Source of the DNA: Gemmatimonadaceae bacterium | GTDB lineage: Bacteria > Gemmatimonadota > Gemmatimonadetes > Gemmatimonadales > Gemmatimonadaceae | Direction: 5' to 3' | Length of the DNA stretch: 28,272 bases | Assembly: GCA_040901985.1 (NCBI GenBank) | Contig: JBBDYC010000003.1 | Coordinates: 1-28,272, forward strand | In this document: positions 7,815 to 16,937 of the stretch, piece after piece | Numbering within the stretch: the stretch's first letter is position 1 | Layout of the letters: each line of letters begins with the position of its first letter | Notes under the pieces: model-generated | What the model saw: the letters and a program-made list of their open reading frames with translations, nothing else | The model's database searches: none | What the model was told of the DNA's origin: nothing | Position numbers and translations under genes: made by a program

Positions 7815-9506
7815 TCAGGGTAGCGGCGCGGAGGTGTGGGCATCGCCCGCCGCGTGCTGCGTCTCCGGAAGCTGCGCCGCCGCGAGCGCGCCTGCGATGT
7901 CGTCAAAGATGTTCTCCTTTCCCAGCGCCTCGAAAAGCCCCGACTGCCGCATCGCACGGAGCGGCTGCTCGTGGAGCTCGACGAGGTAGAGCGTCACGCC
8001 GTCCTTCCGGCTGCGGCGGACGATCTCATCAATCACCCGCAGGCCCGTCGAATCAATCACTGGCACCGCGCCGAGGCGGATGATCAGGACACGGGGCTTC
8101 GCGCCGACCAGCGCGAGGGTGTCGCGGAAGCGCTCGGCGGCGCCGAAAAAGAGCGGGCCCGAGACCTGGAAGACCTGTACGCCCGGCGGGATCGCCCCGA
8201 GGCTCTCGCTGTAGGCCACCTCCTCCGACGCCGCCTCGGAGAGCTCGTGCGAGACCATCCGCACGTCGGTGGACTCGGCCATCCGCCGGACGAAGAGGAA
8301 CGACGCCAGCACCATCCCGACGCCGATCGCCACGGTGAGGTCCACGAGAATCGTCAGCCCGAAGGTGACGAGGAGGACGAGAACGTCGCTCCGCGGGCCG
8401 CGCAGCTCGGAGCGGAAGACGCGCCACTCGCTCATATGGTAGGCGACGACGACGAGAATCGCCGCCAGCGTCGCCATCGGGATGTACGCCGCCCAGCGGC
8501 CCGCGACGAGCGTGATCACCAGCAGCACCGCCGCGTGGACGATCCCCGCCACCGGCGTGCGGCCGCCGTTCTTGATGTTGGTCGCCGTGCGGGCGATGGC
8601 GCCGGTGGCGGGGATCCCGCCGATCAGCGCCGAGCCGATGTTCGCCACGCCTTGCGCGACCAACTCCATGTTCGAGCGGTGACGGCCGCCGATCATCCCG
8701 TCAGCGACGACCGCCGAGAGGAGCGATTCGACGGCCGCGAGCATCGCAATGGTGAGGGCCGGCCCGACGAGCGAGGCGAGCTGCGCGAGCGAAAGCGCCG
8801 GCACGGCGATCGTCGGCAGCCGCGCGCTGATCTCGCCGAAGCGGCTCCCGATCGTCTCCACCGGGAGCTCGAACCCCACCGCGAGCAGCGTCGTGACGAT
8901 GAGCGCGACGAAGGTCCCCGGGATCCGCTGCGAGACCCGCGGCCAGATGAAGATGATTGCCAGCGCGAGCGCGGCGAGTGCCATCGCGTAGGGGTCCACC
9001 GACCCGAGGTGCGACGCGTACGCCTCGACCTTCCCGATGAACTCGGCCGGGATGTTGGTCATCCGCAAGCCGAGGAGGTCGTTGATCTGGGCGATGAAGA
9101 TGATCATCGCAATCCCGCTGGTGAAGCCGATCACCAGCGGATAGGGGATGAACTTGATCGCGACGCCGAGCCGCATCACGCCCATCGCGACGAGGATCAC
9201 GCCGGCCAACAGCGTCGCGACGAGGAGGCCGTCGAGTCCGTGCTGGAGGACGATGCCGTAGACGATGACGACAAAGGCGCCGGTCGGGCCGCCAATCTGG
9301 ACGCGCGAGCCGCCAAGCGCCGAGATGAGGAAGCCGGCGACAATCGCCGTCCAGAGGCCGCGCTCCGGGGTGACGCCGCTGGCGATGGCAAAGGCGATGG
9401 CCAGCGGGAGAGCGACGATGCCGACGATTGTCCCGGCTGCGAGGTCGGCGGTGAACTGTGGCCGGGTGTAGCCACGCAGCGTTGTGACGAGCTTCGGGAC
9501 GAACAC
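7815..9506 (-). CDS. SulP/SLC26 anion permease with STAS domain
   Basis: IVALPLAIAFAIASG, GGSRVQIGGPTG, ATGAIART, STAS GPLFFGAA and IDSTG. Confidence 0.95.
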   Translation of the reverse strand: MFVPKLVTTLRGYTRPQFTADLAAGTIVGIVALPLAIAFAIASGVTPERGLWTAIVAGFLISALGGSRVQIGGPTGAFVVIVYGIVLQHGLDGLLVATLLAGVILVAMGVMRLGVAIKFIPYPLVIGFTSGIAMIIFIAQINDLLGLRMTNIPAEFIGKVEAYASHLGSVDPYAMALAALALAIIFIWPRVSQRIPGTFVALIVTTLLAVGFELPVETIGSRFGEISARLPTIAVPALSLAQLASLVGPALTIAMLAAVESLLSAVVADGMIGGRHRSNMELVAQGVANIGSALIGGIPATGAIARTATNIKNGGRTPVAGIVHAAVLLVITLVAGRWAAYIPMATLAAILVVVAYHMSEWRVFRSELRGPRSDVLVLLVTFGLTILVDLTVAIGVGMVLASFLFVRRMAESTDVRMVSHELSEAASEEVAYSESLGAIPPGVQVFQVSGPLFFGAAERFRDTLALVGAKPRVLIIRLGAVPVIDSTGLRVIDEIVRRSRKDGVTLYLVELHEQPLRAMRQSGLFEALGKENIFDDIAGALAAAQLPETQHAAGDAHTSAPLP

Positions 9507-9637
9507 GGGCGCTCTCAGGCGTGGGCAGCGCCCCGGGTGCGTGGCGCGTTATCAGGAAGCTAGCGCGGTATTATCCTTCCCGCACGACGGCGCGTTGTCG
9601 CCTGTCCTCTTCGTCCCGACCTGGAGTGAGCCCAGTG

Positions 9638-12145
9638 ATGGTTCGTCACGCCCTTGTCCCGCTTGCGCTGATCGCCTGTGTTGGCGGTACGGCGGTTGCC
9701 CAGCAGCGTCCCGCCGCCCCGGCGCGCCCCGCCGCCGCCGCGCAGCCGATGACCACCGCCGAGCGCTACGACCACGCGCGGTACGGCTGGGAGGTCGGTG
9801 CGTACGATTCGGTCCTCGTCCAGCTACAACGCATCCTCCACTCGTCCGACGGCGACGCCTACCACGACCGCATTGCCGAACTGACCGGTGAGATCTGGCA
9901 GACCGTCGAGGTCGCCAAGGACGCGCGGGCGCCGATCTGGTCGAATGACGGCCGCCACCTCGCCTACCTGACCGGCACCGGCGCCGCCCAGCGGGTGCAC
10001 GTCGTCCGCGCCGAGGCGGGGTTCCGCGCGGTTGCCGGCGGCGAGGGGGGCGAGCCGTCGTTCGCGCCCGACGGCCGTAGCATCGCCTGGCAGCGCAGCG
10101 GCCCGGGCGGCCGCCCGATTCTCCACTGGGTGTCGCTCGACGGCGCGGCGCCGCAGGAGATTGCACTCGACGCCGCGGCGGCAGCGGGCCTCACGCTCTT
10201 CGGGCGCGCGCCGCTGCGGGCGGCGGTGATTGTCGGGACGGCGGGGGACTCAACCGCCACGCTGCTCGTGCGCGACCTCACGGGGCAGGACGGCACCTGG
10301 CGGCGGGTCGCGGTGAGTGGCGCCCAACCGGTGGACCTCGTGCGTTCGCCCGACGGGTCGCGCCTGGTGGTGCTGGTCGGCGAGCGGGGCGCCTTTGCCC
10401 GCCCGACGCCGGGCGCGGGCTTCCGCGCGCGCACGACTGCCTTTGCCGAACTGGGCGGCGCGGGACTCGGCGCGCCGATTGCCGGCGTGTCGCCGACCTT
10501 CTCGCGCGACGGACGCACGTTGGCTTGGATCGAGCCGGCCGGCGCCACGGCGCGCTACCGCGTCCGGCGCGGCGACGGCGAGGTCACGACGGCGGCGGCG
10601 CCCGACCGTCCGGCGCAGTCCCTCGCCGTCTCGCCCGACGGCCGGACGATTGCCTTCTCGCAGATGCTGCGCGAGGACTGGGAGATCTTCACCGCGCCCG
10701 CTGACGGAGGCGCCGCGCCGACGCGAATCACGCGCGAGATCCAGCACGACCTCTTTCCCCAGTTCCTCGCCAACGATCGCCTGCTCGCAGTGATCGGCGA
10801 GGAGCGCCATCGCCGCTCGCACCTGTACGACCTCAGCAGCGGGACGCAGACGCGGCTCTTCCACAACAACACCGTGCGCACCGTGGCGCCGGAGTACGAG
10901 TGGGCGGCGTCGCCCGACGGCTCGCGCGTGGCCGTCGTGGCCGAGCGCGACGGCGACACGGTCACGCCGCACCGCCACCTCTGGCTGATGGACCTCGGCG
11001 CGAAGGTCACGCGCGAGCTGCTCCACGAGCGGCTGGCGACCAACCTCGCCGCCGAGCAGCGGCTGGGGGTGAACGGCCGCGCGATGTTCACGCGGATCGC
11101 CCCGCAGGTGCGCGCGGCGGTGGACGAGGTGAGCACCGCGCGCATCTACGATTATCAGAAGGCGCTCTTCGCCTTCGACTCCAAGCACATCACCCAGCCC
11201 GGAAATTGGAAGGCCACCGAGTGGCTGCTCGAGAAGTACCGGAGCTTCGGGCTCGACACGCACCTGCAGCGCTTCACCACCGTGCAGGAGCGCGAGCTCG
11301 CGGTGGCCAACGTCGTCGCGGTGGTGAAGGGGACCGTGGACCCGCATCTCGTCTACGTGGTGGGCGCGCACTTCGACTCGCGAGCCGAGGGACCCGGCGC
11401 CGACGACAACACGTCGGGCACCGCGATGATCCTCGAGGCGGCGCGCGTCATCGCGCGGCACCCACAGCCGGCCACGGTGATGTTCGTCTCCTTCACCGGC
11501 GAGGAGTCGGGCCTCCGTGGCGCGCGGGAGTTCGGCCGCCGGATGAAGGACTCGATCCAGGTCATCGGCGCGCTGAACAACGATATGATGGGGTGGTCCA
11601 ACGACCACCGGATGGACAACACCATCCGCTACTCCAACGCCGGGTTGCGCGACGTGCAGCATGCCGCGGCGCTCCAGTTCTCGCGGCTGATCACCTACGA
11701 CGCGTACTACTACAAGAGCACCGACGCGCACGCGCTTTACGACGCCTGGGGCGACATCGTCGCCGGCATCGGCTCCTACCCGATCCTCGGCAACCCGCAT
11801 TACCATATGCCGCACGACGTGCTGGAGACAATCAACCATCAGCAGCTGGCCGAGACGTCCAAGATGACCGTCGCGACGATCATGCTGATGGCGTCGAGCC
11901 CGTCGCGGCTGACCGGTCTCAGCGCGCAGGGGAAGATTGCGACCTGGAACGCGGCGGTGGAGACCGGGGCGGGGCAGTACCTGATCCGCTACGGCCCGCC
12001 GACCGACCCGATGCAGCACACGCTGACCGTGACGGCGCCTCGGGCGACGATCAACGCGCTCGCGCCGGGCTGGCACGTGGCGGTGAAGGCGGTGAACGCG
12101 CGCGGCCTCCAGGGGTGGGACTGGGCGCGGACCGTGGTGCGCTGA
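9638..12145 (+). CDS. Secreted M28-family peptidase with TolB/PD40-like beta-propeller and C-terminal Fn3-like segment
   Basis: Signal peptide MVRHALVPLALIACVGGTAVA; repeated SPDG motifs; GAHFDS, GADDNTSG, GEESGL, NNDM, YH zinc-peptidase motifs; GGAG upstream. Confidence 0.88.
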   Translation: MVRHALVPLALIACVGGTAVAQQRPAAPARPAAAAQPMTTAERYDHARYGWEVGAYDSVLVQLQRILHSSDGDAYHDRIAELTGEIWQTVEVAKDARAPIWSNDGRHLAYLTGTGAAQRVHVVRAEAGFRAVAGGEGGEPSFAPDGRSIAWQRSGPGGRPILHWVSLDGAAPQEIALDAAAAAGLTLFGRAPLRAAVIVGTAGDSTATLLVRDLTGQDGTWRRVAVSGAQPVDLVRSPDGSRLVVLVGERGAFARPTPGAGFRARTTAFAELGGAGLGAPIAGVSPTFSRDGRTLAWIEPAGATARYRVRRGDGEVTTAAAPDRPAQSLAVSPDGRTIAFSQMLREDWEIFTAPADGGAAPTRITREIQHDLFPQFLANDRLLAVIGEERHRRSHLYDLSSGTQTRLFHNNTVRTVAPEYEWAASPDGSRVAVVAERDGDTVTPHRHLWLMDLGAKVTRELLHERLATNLAAEQRLGVNGRAMFTRIAPQVRAAVDEVSTARIYDYQKALFAFDSKHITQPGNWKATEWLLEKYRSFGLDTHLQRFTTVQERELAVANVVAVVKGTVDPHLVYVVGAHFDSRAEGPGADDNTSGTAMILEAARVIARHPQPATVMFVSFTGEESGLRGAREFGRRMKDSIQVIGALNNDMMGWSNDHRMDNTIRYSNAGLRDVQHAAALQFSRLITYDAYYYKSTDAHALYDAWGDIVAGIGSYPILGNPHYHMPHDVLETINHQQLAETSKMTVATIMLMASSPSRLTGLSAQGKIATWNAAVETGAGQYLIRYGPPTDPMQHTLTVTAPRATINALAPGWHVAVKAVNARGLQGWDWARTVVR

Positions 12146-12175
12146 GTGGCGCGCGCGATGCGGGCGCGGGGCTAG

Positions 12176-12613
12176 GTGCGCGTCCTCCTGCAACGCGTCG
12201 CGCGCGCCGAGGTGCGGATCGGCGGTGGCGCGGCCGGCGCCATCGGACGCGGCTTCTGCCTCCTCGTCGGCTTCACGCACTCGGACACCGACGCGCAGGT
12301 GGTGTGGATGGCCGACAAGGTCGCCGGGCTCCGCCTCTTTGGCGATGGCGAGGGGAAGATGAACCTCGGCCTCGAGGAGGTCGGCGGCGCGGTGCTCGTG
12401 GTGAGCCAGTTCACGCTCTACGGCAACGCCGAGAAGGGGCGGCGGCCGAGCTTCATTGACGCCGCGCGTCCGGAGGTGGCGATCCCGCTCTACGAACGGT
12501 TCGTGGCACTGCTCCGCGAGCGTGGCCTCACCGTCGCCACCGGCGAGTTCGGCGCGATGATGGAGGTGGAACTCGTGAACGACGGGCCAGTCACGCTTTG
12601 GCTCGAGCGATGA
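12176..12613 (+). CDS. dtd: D-aminoacyl-tRNA deacylase
   Basis: MRVLLQRV, SQFTL, FGAMMEVELVNDGPVT. Confidence 0.96.
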   Translation: MRVLLQRVARAEVRIGGGAAGAIGRGFCLLVGFTHSDTDAQVVWMADKVAGLRLFGDGEGKMNLGLEEVGGAVLVVSQFTLYGNAEKGRRPSFIDAARPEVAIPLYERFVALLRERGLTVATGEFGAMMEVELVNDGPVTLWLER

Positions 12614-13236
12614 GCGCGGTGCGAACGAACGCCGCGGTGCAGCCGCTGCGCGTGATCCTCGCCTCACGGTCGCCGCGGCGGCGCGAGCTCCTCCAGCTGA
12701 TCGGGATCGCCCACGAGGTGTTGCCGGCCGACATTGACGAGACCGTCCCCGCCGATGAATCTCCGGTGCCGCACTGCGAGCGGCTGGCGCGCGAGAAGGC
12801 GCAGGCACTCGGCGCGCGACACCCCGACGCCGTGGTCATCGCCGCCGACACCATCGTCGTTCTCGACGGCGAGATCCTCGGCAAGCCGGTGGACGCCGCC
12901 GACGCCCGCGCCATCATCCGGCGCCTCGCCGGCCGCGAACACACCGTGCACACCGCCGTCGCCGTCGCGCGCGGCGCGCGCACCGAGAGCGCCGTCGAGT
13001 CGGTCGCGGTAGCCTTCCGCGCGCTCACCGATGCGGAGATCGCCGCCTACGTCGCCACCGGCGAGCCGATGGACAAGGCGGGCGCCTACGGCATCCAGGG
13101 ATGGGGCGCGACGATCGTCGAGCGCGTGGACGGCGACTACTTCAGCGTGATGGGGCTCGGCCTGCGGCGGCTGGTGGAACTGCTCGGGCGCGTCGGCGTG
13201 GAGTATCGGTTCGCCGACGGGCTGCGGGCCGACTGA
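12610..13236 (+). CDS. maf: Maf-family nucleoside triphosphate pyrophosphatase
   Basis: ILASRSPRRRELL, ADTIV, LGKP, DKAGAYGIQG, VMGL; ATGA overlap with dtd. Confidence 0.95.
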   Translation: MSAVRTNAAVQPLRVILASRSPRRRELLQLIGIAHEVLPADIDETVPADESPVPHCERLAREKAQALGARHPDAVVIAADTIVVLDGEILGKPVDAADARAIIRRLAGREHTVHTAVAVARGARTESAVESVAVAFRALTDAEIAAYVATGEPMDKAGAYGIQGWGATIVERVDGDYFSVMGLGLRRLVELLGRVGVEYRFADGLRAD

Positions 13237-13261
13237 TTGGCTCGTGGAAGGCGGGAAGGCG

Positions 13262-13723
13262 CTAGTGCGCGTCCTCCTGAGGCAGAGTCGGCAACGGCCG
13301 CCCGCCGCGCGCGCGCACCGCCGCCATCGGACTCGCATCAATCGTCCGCCAGAGGTTCACCACGAAGCATCCCGCCCCCGCCGCAGTGAGCAGCCCCCCG
13401 GCCGCCAGCAACGCCGGCGCCACGGCCAGCGCGTGCACCCGCAACGCGAACCCCGACGCGAGGAGCGCCAACCCCGACTGCGCGAACCAAAACTGGAACT
13501 CGGCCATCCGCTGATGCACCAGCGGCTGGCCGAAGAAGCGCGGGACCACGTGCAGCGCGACGCCGTAGATCATCTGCGTCACGAAGCCGAGGAAGGCGAG
13601 GTGCAGGTGCGCGGTGCGATAGACCGTCAGTGACGGGACGAGCGCCATCGCGACGCCGAGCAGGATCGCCGAGGAGAACCAGAGAAGGCTGGCCTTGATG
13701 AACGCGCGGACAAACCAATCCAT
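13262..13723 (-). CDS. 4-TM His-containing membrane protein, single-unit heme-copper oxidase subunit I / NnrS-like
   Basis: Four hydrophobic segments; AHLHLAFLGFVTQMIYGVALHVVPRFFG motif; starts 2 nt after the regulator stop. Confidence 0.7.
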   Translation of the reverse strand: MDWFVRAFIKASLLWFSSAILLGVAMALVPSLTVYRTAHLHLAFLGFVTQMIYGVALHVVPRFFGQPLVHQRMAEFQFWFAQSGLALLASGFALRVHALAVAPALLAAGGLLTAAGAGCFVVNLWRTIDASPMAAVRARGGRPLPTLPQEDAH

Positions 13724-13725
13724 CG

Positions 13726-14160
13726 TCAGGCCACCATCAGGCGCGTGAGGCTCCGCGGGCGCGCGGTGAGGTCGGCGACGCTATACCCGTCGAGCACGCC
13801 GAGGAAGGCGGTGAGCGCGGCGTCGAGGGCCGGTGCCAGCGCGCAGGCGGGCGCAATCGGGCACTGGTTGGTGGCGGGGTCAAAGCACTCGACCAGCGCC
13901 ATGTTGTCCTCCATCGCGCGGACGACCTCGCCGACGCTGATCGCCTCGGCCGGCCGGGCGAGGCGCACCCCGCCGATGCGGCCGCGGACCGTCTCCACAT
14001 AGCCGCACTGGGCAAGTCGGGCGACAACCTTGGCGAGGTGATCCGCGCTCATTCCCATCCGGCGCGCGATGTCGGCGATGCGCGCCGGCGCGTCGCCGCC
14101 GTGGATGCCGAGGAAGATGAGGGCGCGGAGCGCGTTGTCGGTGTGCCGGGTAAGGCGCAT
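13726..14160 (-). CDS. nsrR: Rrf2-family Fe-S regulator, NsrR-type
   Basis: ATG at 14160: MRLTRHTDNALRALIFL, HLAKVV, RGRIGG, three Cys in ECFDPATNQCPIAPAC. Confidence 0.85.
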   Translation of the reverse strand: MRLTRHTDNALRALIFLGIHGGDAPARIADIARRMGMSADHLAKVVARLAQCGYVETVRGRIGGVRLARPAEAISVGEVVRAMEDNMALVECFDPATNQCPIAPACALAPALDAALTAFLGVLDGYSVADLTARPRSLTRLMVA

Positions 14161-14223
14161 GGCAGGTCCGGTGCGGTTCCGGTGCGGGAATGGGCCGAAC
14201 GGGACGGTACGGGAGGCGAGGTG

Positions 14224-14259
14224 CGGGGATTCCTGACACGAAATCCGGGGAATTCTGAC
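14224..14259. repeat. 14-bp imperfect direct repeat with 22-bp period in the nsrR-nosZ intergenic region
   Basis: cggggattcctgac (14224-14237) and cggggaattctgac (14246-14259), 12/14 identical. Confidence 0.6.
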
Positions 14260-14266
14260 TGTATAA

Positions 14267-14289
14267 AAGATGCATAGAATCTGCACCTT
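14267..14289. promoter_or_regulatory. NsrR-type operator (11-1-11 inverted repeat)
   Basis: AAGATGCATAG-A-ATCTGCACCTT resembles the NsrR consensus AAGATGYATTT-N-AAATRCATCTT; contains -10-like TAGAAT (14275-14280); AT-rich patch in GC-rich DNA. Confidence 0.82.
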
Positions 14290-14360
14290 TAACACATCCG
14301 GGGCAAGCCCGGATCGGCCGGCCGTTCCGCCGGTGCATCACCTCACCCCACGAGGTCCGT

Positions 14361-16343
14361 ATGTCCTTCGTCTCCCGTCCCCGCCTGCTCGTCGCCGCCG
14401 CCGTCCTCGGCGCCCTCGGCGTCGGGTACGCCTGCAGTGGTGGTCGCTCCGGTTCCCTCGTCAGCAACGCGAGCAATGCTCAACGCGTCTATGTGGCGCC
14501 GGGCGAGCACGACGAGCTCTACGCCTTCCTCTCCGGCGGCTTCAACGGTCAGGTCGGCGTCTATGGGCTTCCTTCCGGCCGCCTCCTCCGCCTCCTCCCC
14601 GTCTTCGCGCAACACGCCGAGAACGGCTGGGGCTACTCCGAGGAGACGAAGCCGATGCTCGAGACCTCGTACGGCTTCATCCCGTGGGACGACCTGCATC
14701 ACACCGCCCTGTCCCAGACCAATGGCGAGGACGATGGCCGCTGGCTCTTCGTGAACGGGAACAACACGCCGCGCGTGGCGCGCATTGACCTCACGCACTT
14801 CGAGACGACGGAGATCCTCGAGATCCCCAACGCCGCCGGGAATCACGCGTCGCCGTTCGTCACCGAGAACACCGAGTACATCGTGTCCTCGACGCGCTTC
14901 AGCATCCCGGTGCCGAACCGCGACGTGCCGATTGACCAGTACAAGCAGCACTTCCGCGGCCAGGTCTCCTTCATCACCGCCGACCAGCCCGGGAAGATGG
15001 ACATCGCGTTCCAGCTGATCGTGCCGGGCTTCAACTACGACCTGGCCCGGGCCGGCAAGGGGCCGTCGGCGGGGTGGATGTTCTTCTCGTCGTACAACAC
15101 CGAGCAGGCCAACACGCTGCTCGAGGTGAACGCGTCGCAGGCGGACAAGGACTACATCGCCGCGGTGAACTATCGCGCGGCCGAAGCCTGCGTGAAGGGC
15201 GGCAAGGGCCGTCGCGTCGCGGTGGACTACCGCCACAACTATATGGACGAGTTCAGCCGCGTCGCGCGCTCCAACCGGCGCACCAGCGTGCTGCAGATGA
15301 CGCCGGCCGACTGCCCGGGGGTGATGTACTTCCTGCCGACGCCCAAGTCGCCGCACGGCGCCGACGTGGATCCGACCGGCGAGTACATCGTCGCCGGCGG
15401 CAAGCTCGCCGCGGTCATCCCGGTGCACTCGGCCACCAAGATGCTGAAGGCGATCGCCGACCGTGAGTTCGAGGGGGAGCTCGAGGGGATCCCGGTGCTC
15501 CGCTATGCCTCGACGCTCGCCGGTGAGGTGCAGGAGTCCGGCCTCGGACCGCTCCATACCGAGTTCGACGGCAAGGGCTACGCCTACACGTCCATGTTCA
15601 TCTCGTCCGAGATCGTGAAGTGGAAGCTTGGCACCTGGGAGGTCGTGGACCGCGCGCCGACTTACTATGCGGTCGGTCACCTGATGATTCCTGGCGGCGG
15701 GACGCGGAAGCCCTACGGTCGGTACGCCCTGGCGATGAACAAGATCACCAAGGACCGCTACCTCCCGACCGGTCCCGAGCTCGCCCACTCGGCCCAGCTC
15801 TTCGACATCTCCGGCGAGCGGATGCAGCTTCTGCTCGACTTCCCGACGATCGGTGAACCGCACTATGCGAACGCCATCGAGGCCCGGTTGGTGAAAGACC
15901 GCCAGATCCGCTTCTACCAGCTCACCGAGAACCGGCATCCGCAAGTCACGCGCACGGCGCGGGAGGCGGGGATCGAGCGCCGGGGGAACGTCGTGCGCGT
16001 CCGGATGACGTCCATCCGCTCGCACTTCACGCCCGACAACATCGAAGGCATCCGGCTCGGCGACACCGTGTACTTCCACCTGACGAACCTCGAGCAGGAC
16101 TGGGACGTGCCGCACGGTTTCGCGATCCTCGGGGCGACGAACGCCGAGTTGCTCGTGATGCCCGGCGAGACGCGCACGCTGATGTGGGTGCCGAATCGCG
16201 TCGGCGTCTACCCCTTCTACTGCACCGACTTCTGCTCGGCGCTGCACCAGGAGATGCAGGGGTATGTGCGGGTCTCGCCGGCGAACGCCACCGTGGCGCT
16301 CACCGCGACGACCGGGCGTCCGCCACCGCGGCCGGGGAACTGA
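14361..16343 (+). CDS. nosZ: Nitrous oxide reductase, clade II (Sec-type)
   Basis: CuZ His motifs DLHH, GNHAS, SPHG, PLHTEF, VGHL, EPHY; CuA PHGF and CTDFCSALHQEM; no twin-arginine motif; followed by nosB. Confidence 0.97.
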   Translation: MSFVSRPRLLVAAAVLGALGVGYACSGGRSGSLVSNASNAQRVYVAPGEHDELYAFLSGGFNGQVGVYGLPSGRLLRLLPVFAQHAENGWGYSEETKPMLETSYGFIPWDDLHHTALSQTNGEDDGRWLFVNGNNTPRVARIDLTHFETTEILEIPNAAGNHASPFVTENTEYIVSSTRFSIPVPNRDVPIDQYKQHFRGQVSFITADQPGKMDIAFQLIVPGFNYDLARAGKGPSAGWMFFSSYNTEQANTLLEVNASQADKDYIAAVNYRAAEACVKGGKGRRVAVDYRHNYMDEFSRVARSNRRTSVLQMTPADCPGVMYFLPTPKSPHGADVDPTGEYIVAGGKLAAVIPVHSATKMLKAIADREFEGELEGIPVLRYASTLAGEVQESGLGPLHTEFDGKGYAYTSMFISSEIVKWKLGTWEVVDRAPTYYAVGHLMIPGGGTRKPYGRYALAMNKITKDRYLPTGPELAHSAQLFDISGERMQLLLDFPTIGEPHYANAIEARLVKDRQIRFYQLTENRHPQVTRTAREAGIERRGNVVRVRMTSIRSHFTPDNIEGIRLGDTVYFHLTNLEQDWDVPHGFAILGATNAELLVMPGETRTLMWVPNRVGVYPFYCTDFCSALHQEMQGYVRVSPANATVALTATTGRPPPRPGN

Positions 16344-16346
16344 CCG

Positions 16347-16934
16347 ATGACGTCCCGGGCCCGCTGGGTCGTGCTCGTCGCCACCGCGCTGATGGCAACG
16401 GTGTACGTGCTCCCGCTGTGGCGCGTCGGGCTGGTCGCGCCGCAGTACCCGGAGGGCCTTGGGATGCTCATTCGCGTGAACGGGGTGGACGGCTTCAAGC
16501 CCAACGACCTCGGCAACATCAACAACCTCAACCATTACATCGGGATGAAGGCGATCGAGCCCGACGCGATCCCGGAGCTGCGTTGGATGCCGTGGATCGT
16601 CGCCGGGCTCATCGCCGGCGGCCTGACCGTGGCCGCGCTGGGCCGGCGTGTTCCCCTCTACGTCTGGGGGGGGACGTTGGCGCTCCTCCTCGTCGCCGGC
16701 CTCTACGACTACTGGCGATGGGGGTACGACTACGGCCACAACCTCGACTACGAAAACGCAATCATCAAAATTCCGGGAATGACGTATCAGCCTCCGCTGA
16801 TCGGCTCCAAGACACTGCTCAACTTCCGCGCGACGTCGTGGCCGGCGTCGGGGGGCATCGCGCTCTCTCTCGCGGCGGCACTCGTGGCATTTGCGGCGGT
16901 GGATTCGCGCGCCCGCGGAAAGGCGAAGGGCTGA
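16347..16934 (+). CDS. nosB: NosB membrane protein of clade II nos clusters
   Basis: PLWRVGLVAPQYPEGL, INNLNHYIGM, WGYDYGHNLD, YQPPLIGSKTLLNF. Confidence 0.9.
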   Translation: MTSRARWVVLVATALMATVYVLPLWRVGLVAPQYPEGLGMLIRVNGVDGFKPNDLGNINNLNHYIGMKAIEPDAIPELRWMPWIVAGLIAGGLTVAALGRRVPLYVWGGTLALLLVAGLYDYWRWGYDYGHNLDYENAIIKIPGMTYQPPLIGSKTLLNFRATSWPASGGIALSLAAALVAFAAVDSRARGKAKG

Positions 16935-16937
16935 GCG

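Noticed and set aside
14233..14268. FNR/DNR box upstream of nosZ
   Set aside because: The CTGAC half-sites lack a matching ATCAA half at 4-bp spacing.
14361..14435. Tat signal on NosZ (clade I)
   Set aside because: SRPRLL is not a twin-arginine RRxFL motif, and nosB is present while nosR is absent.
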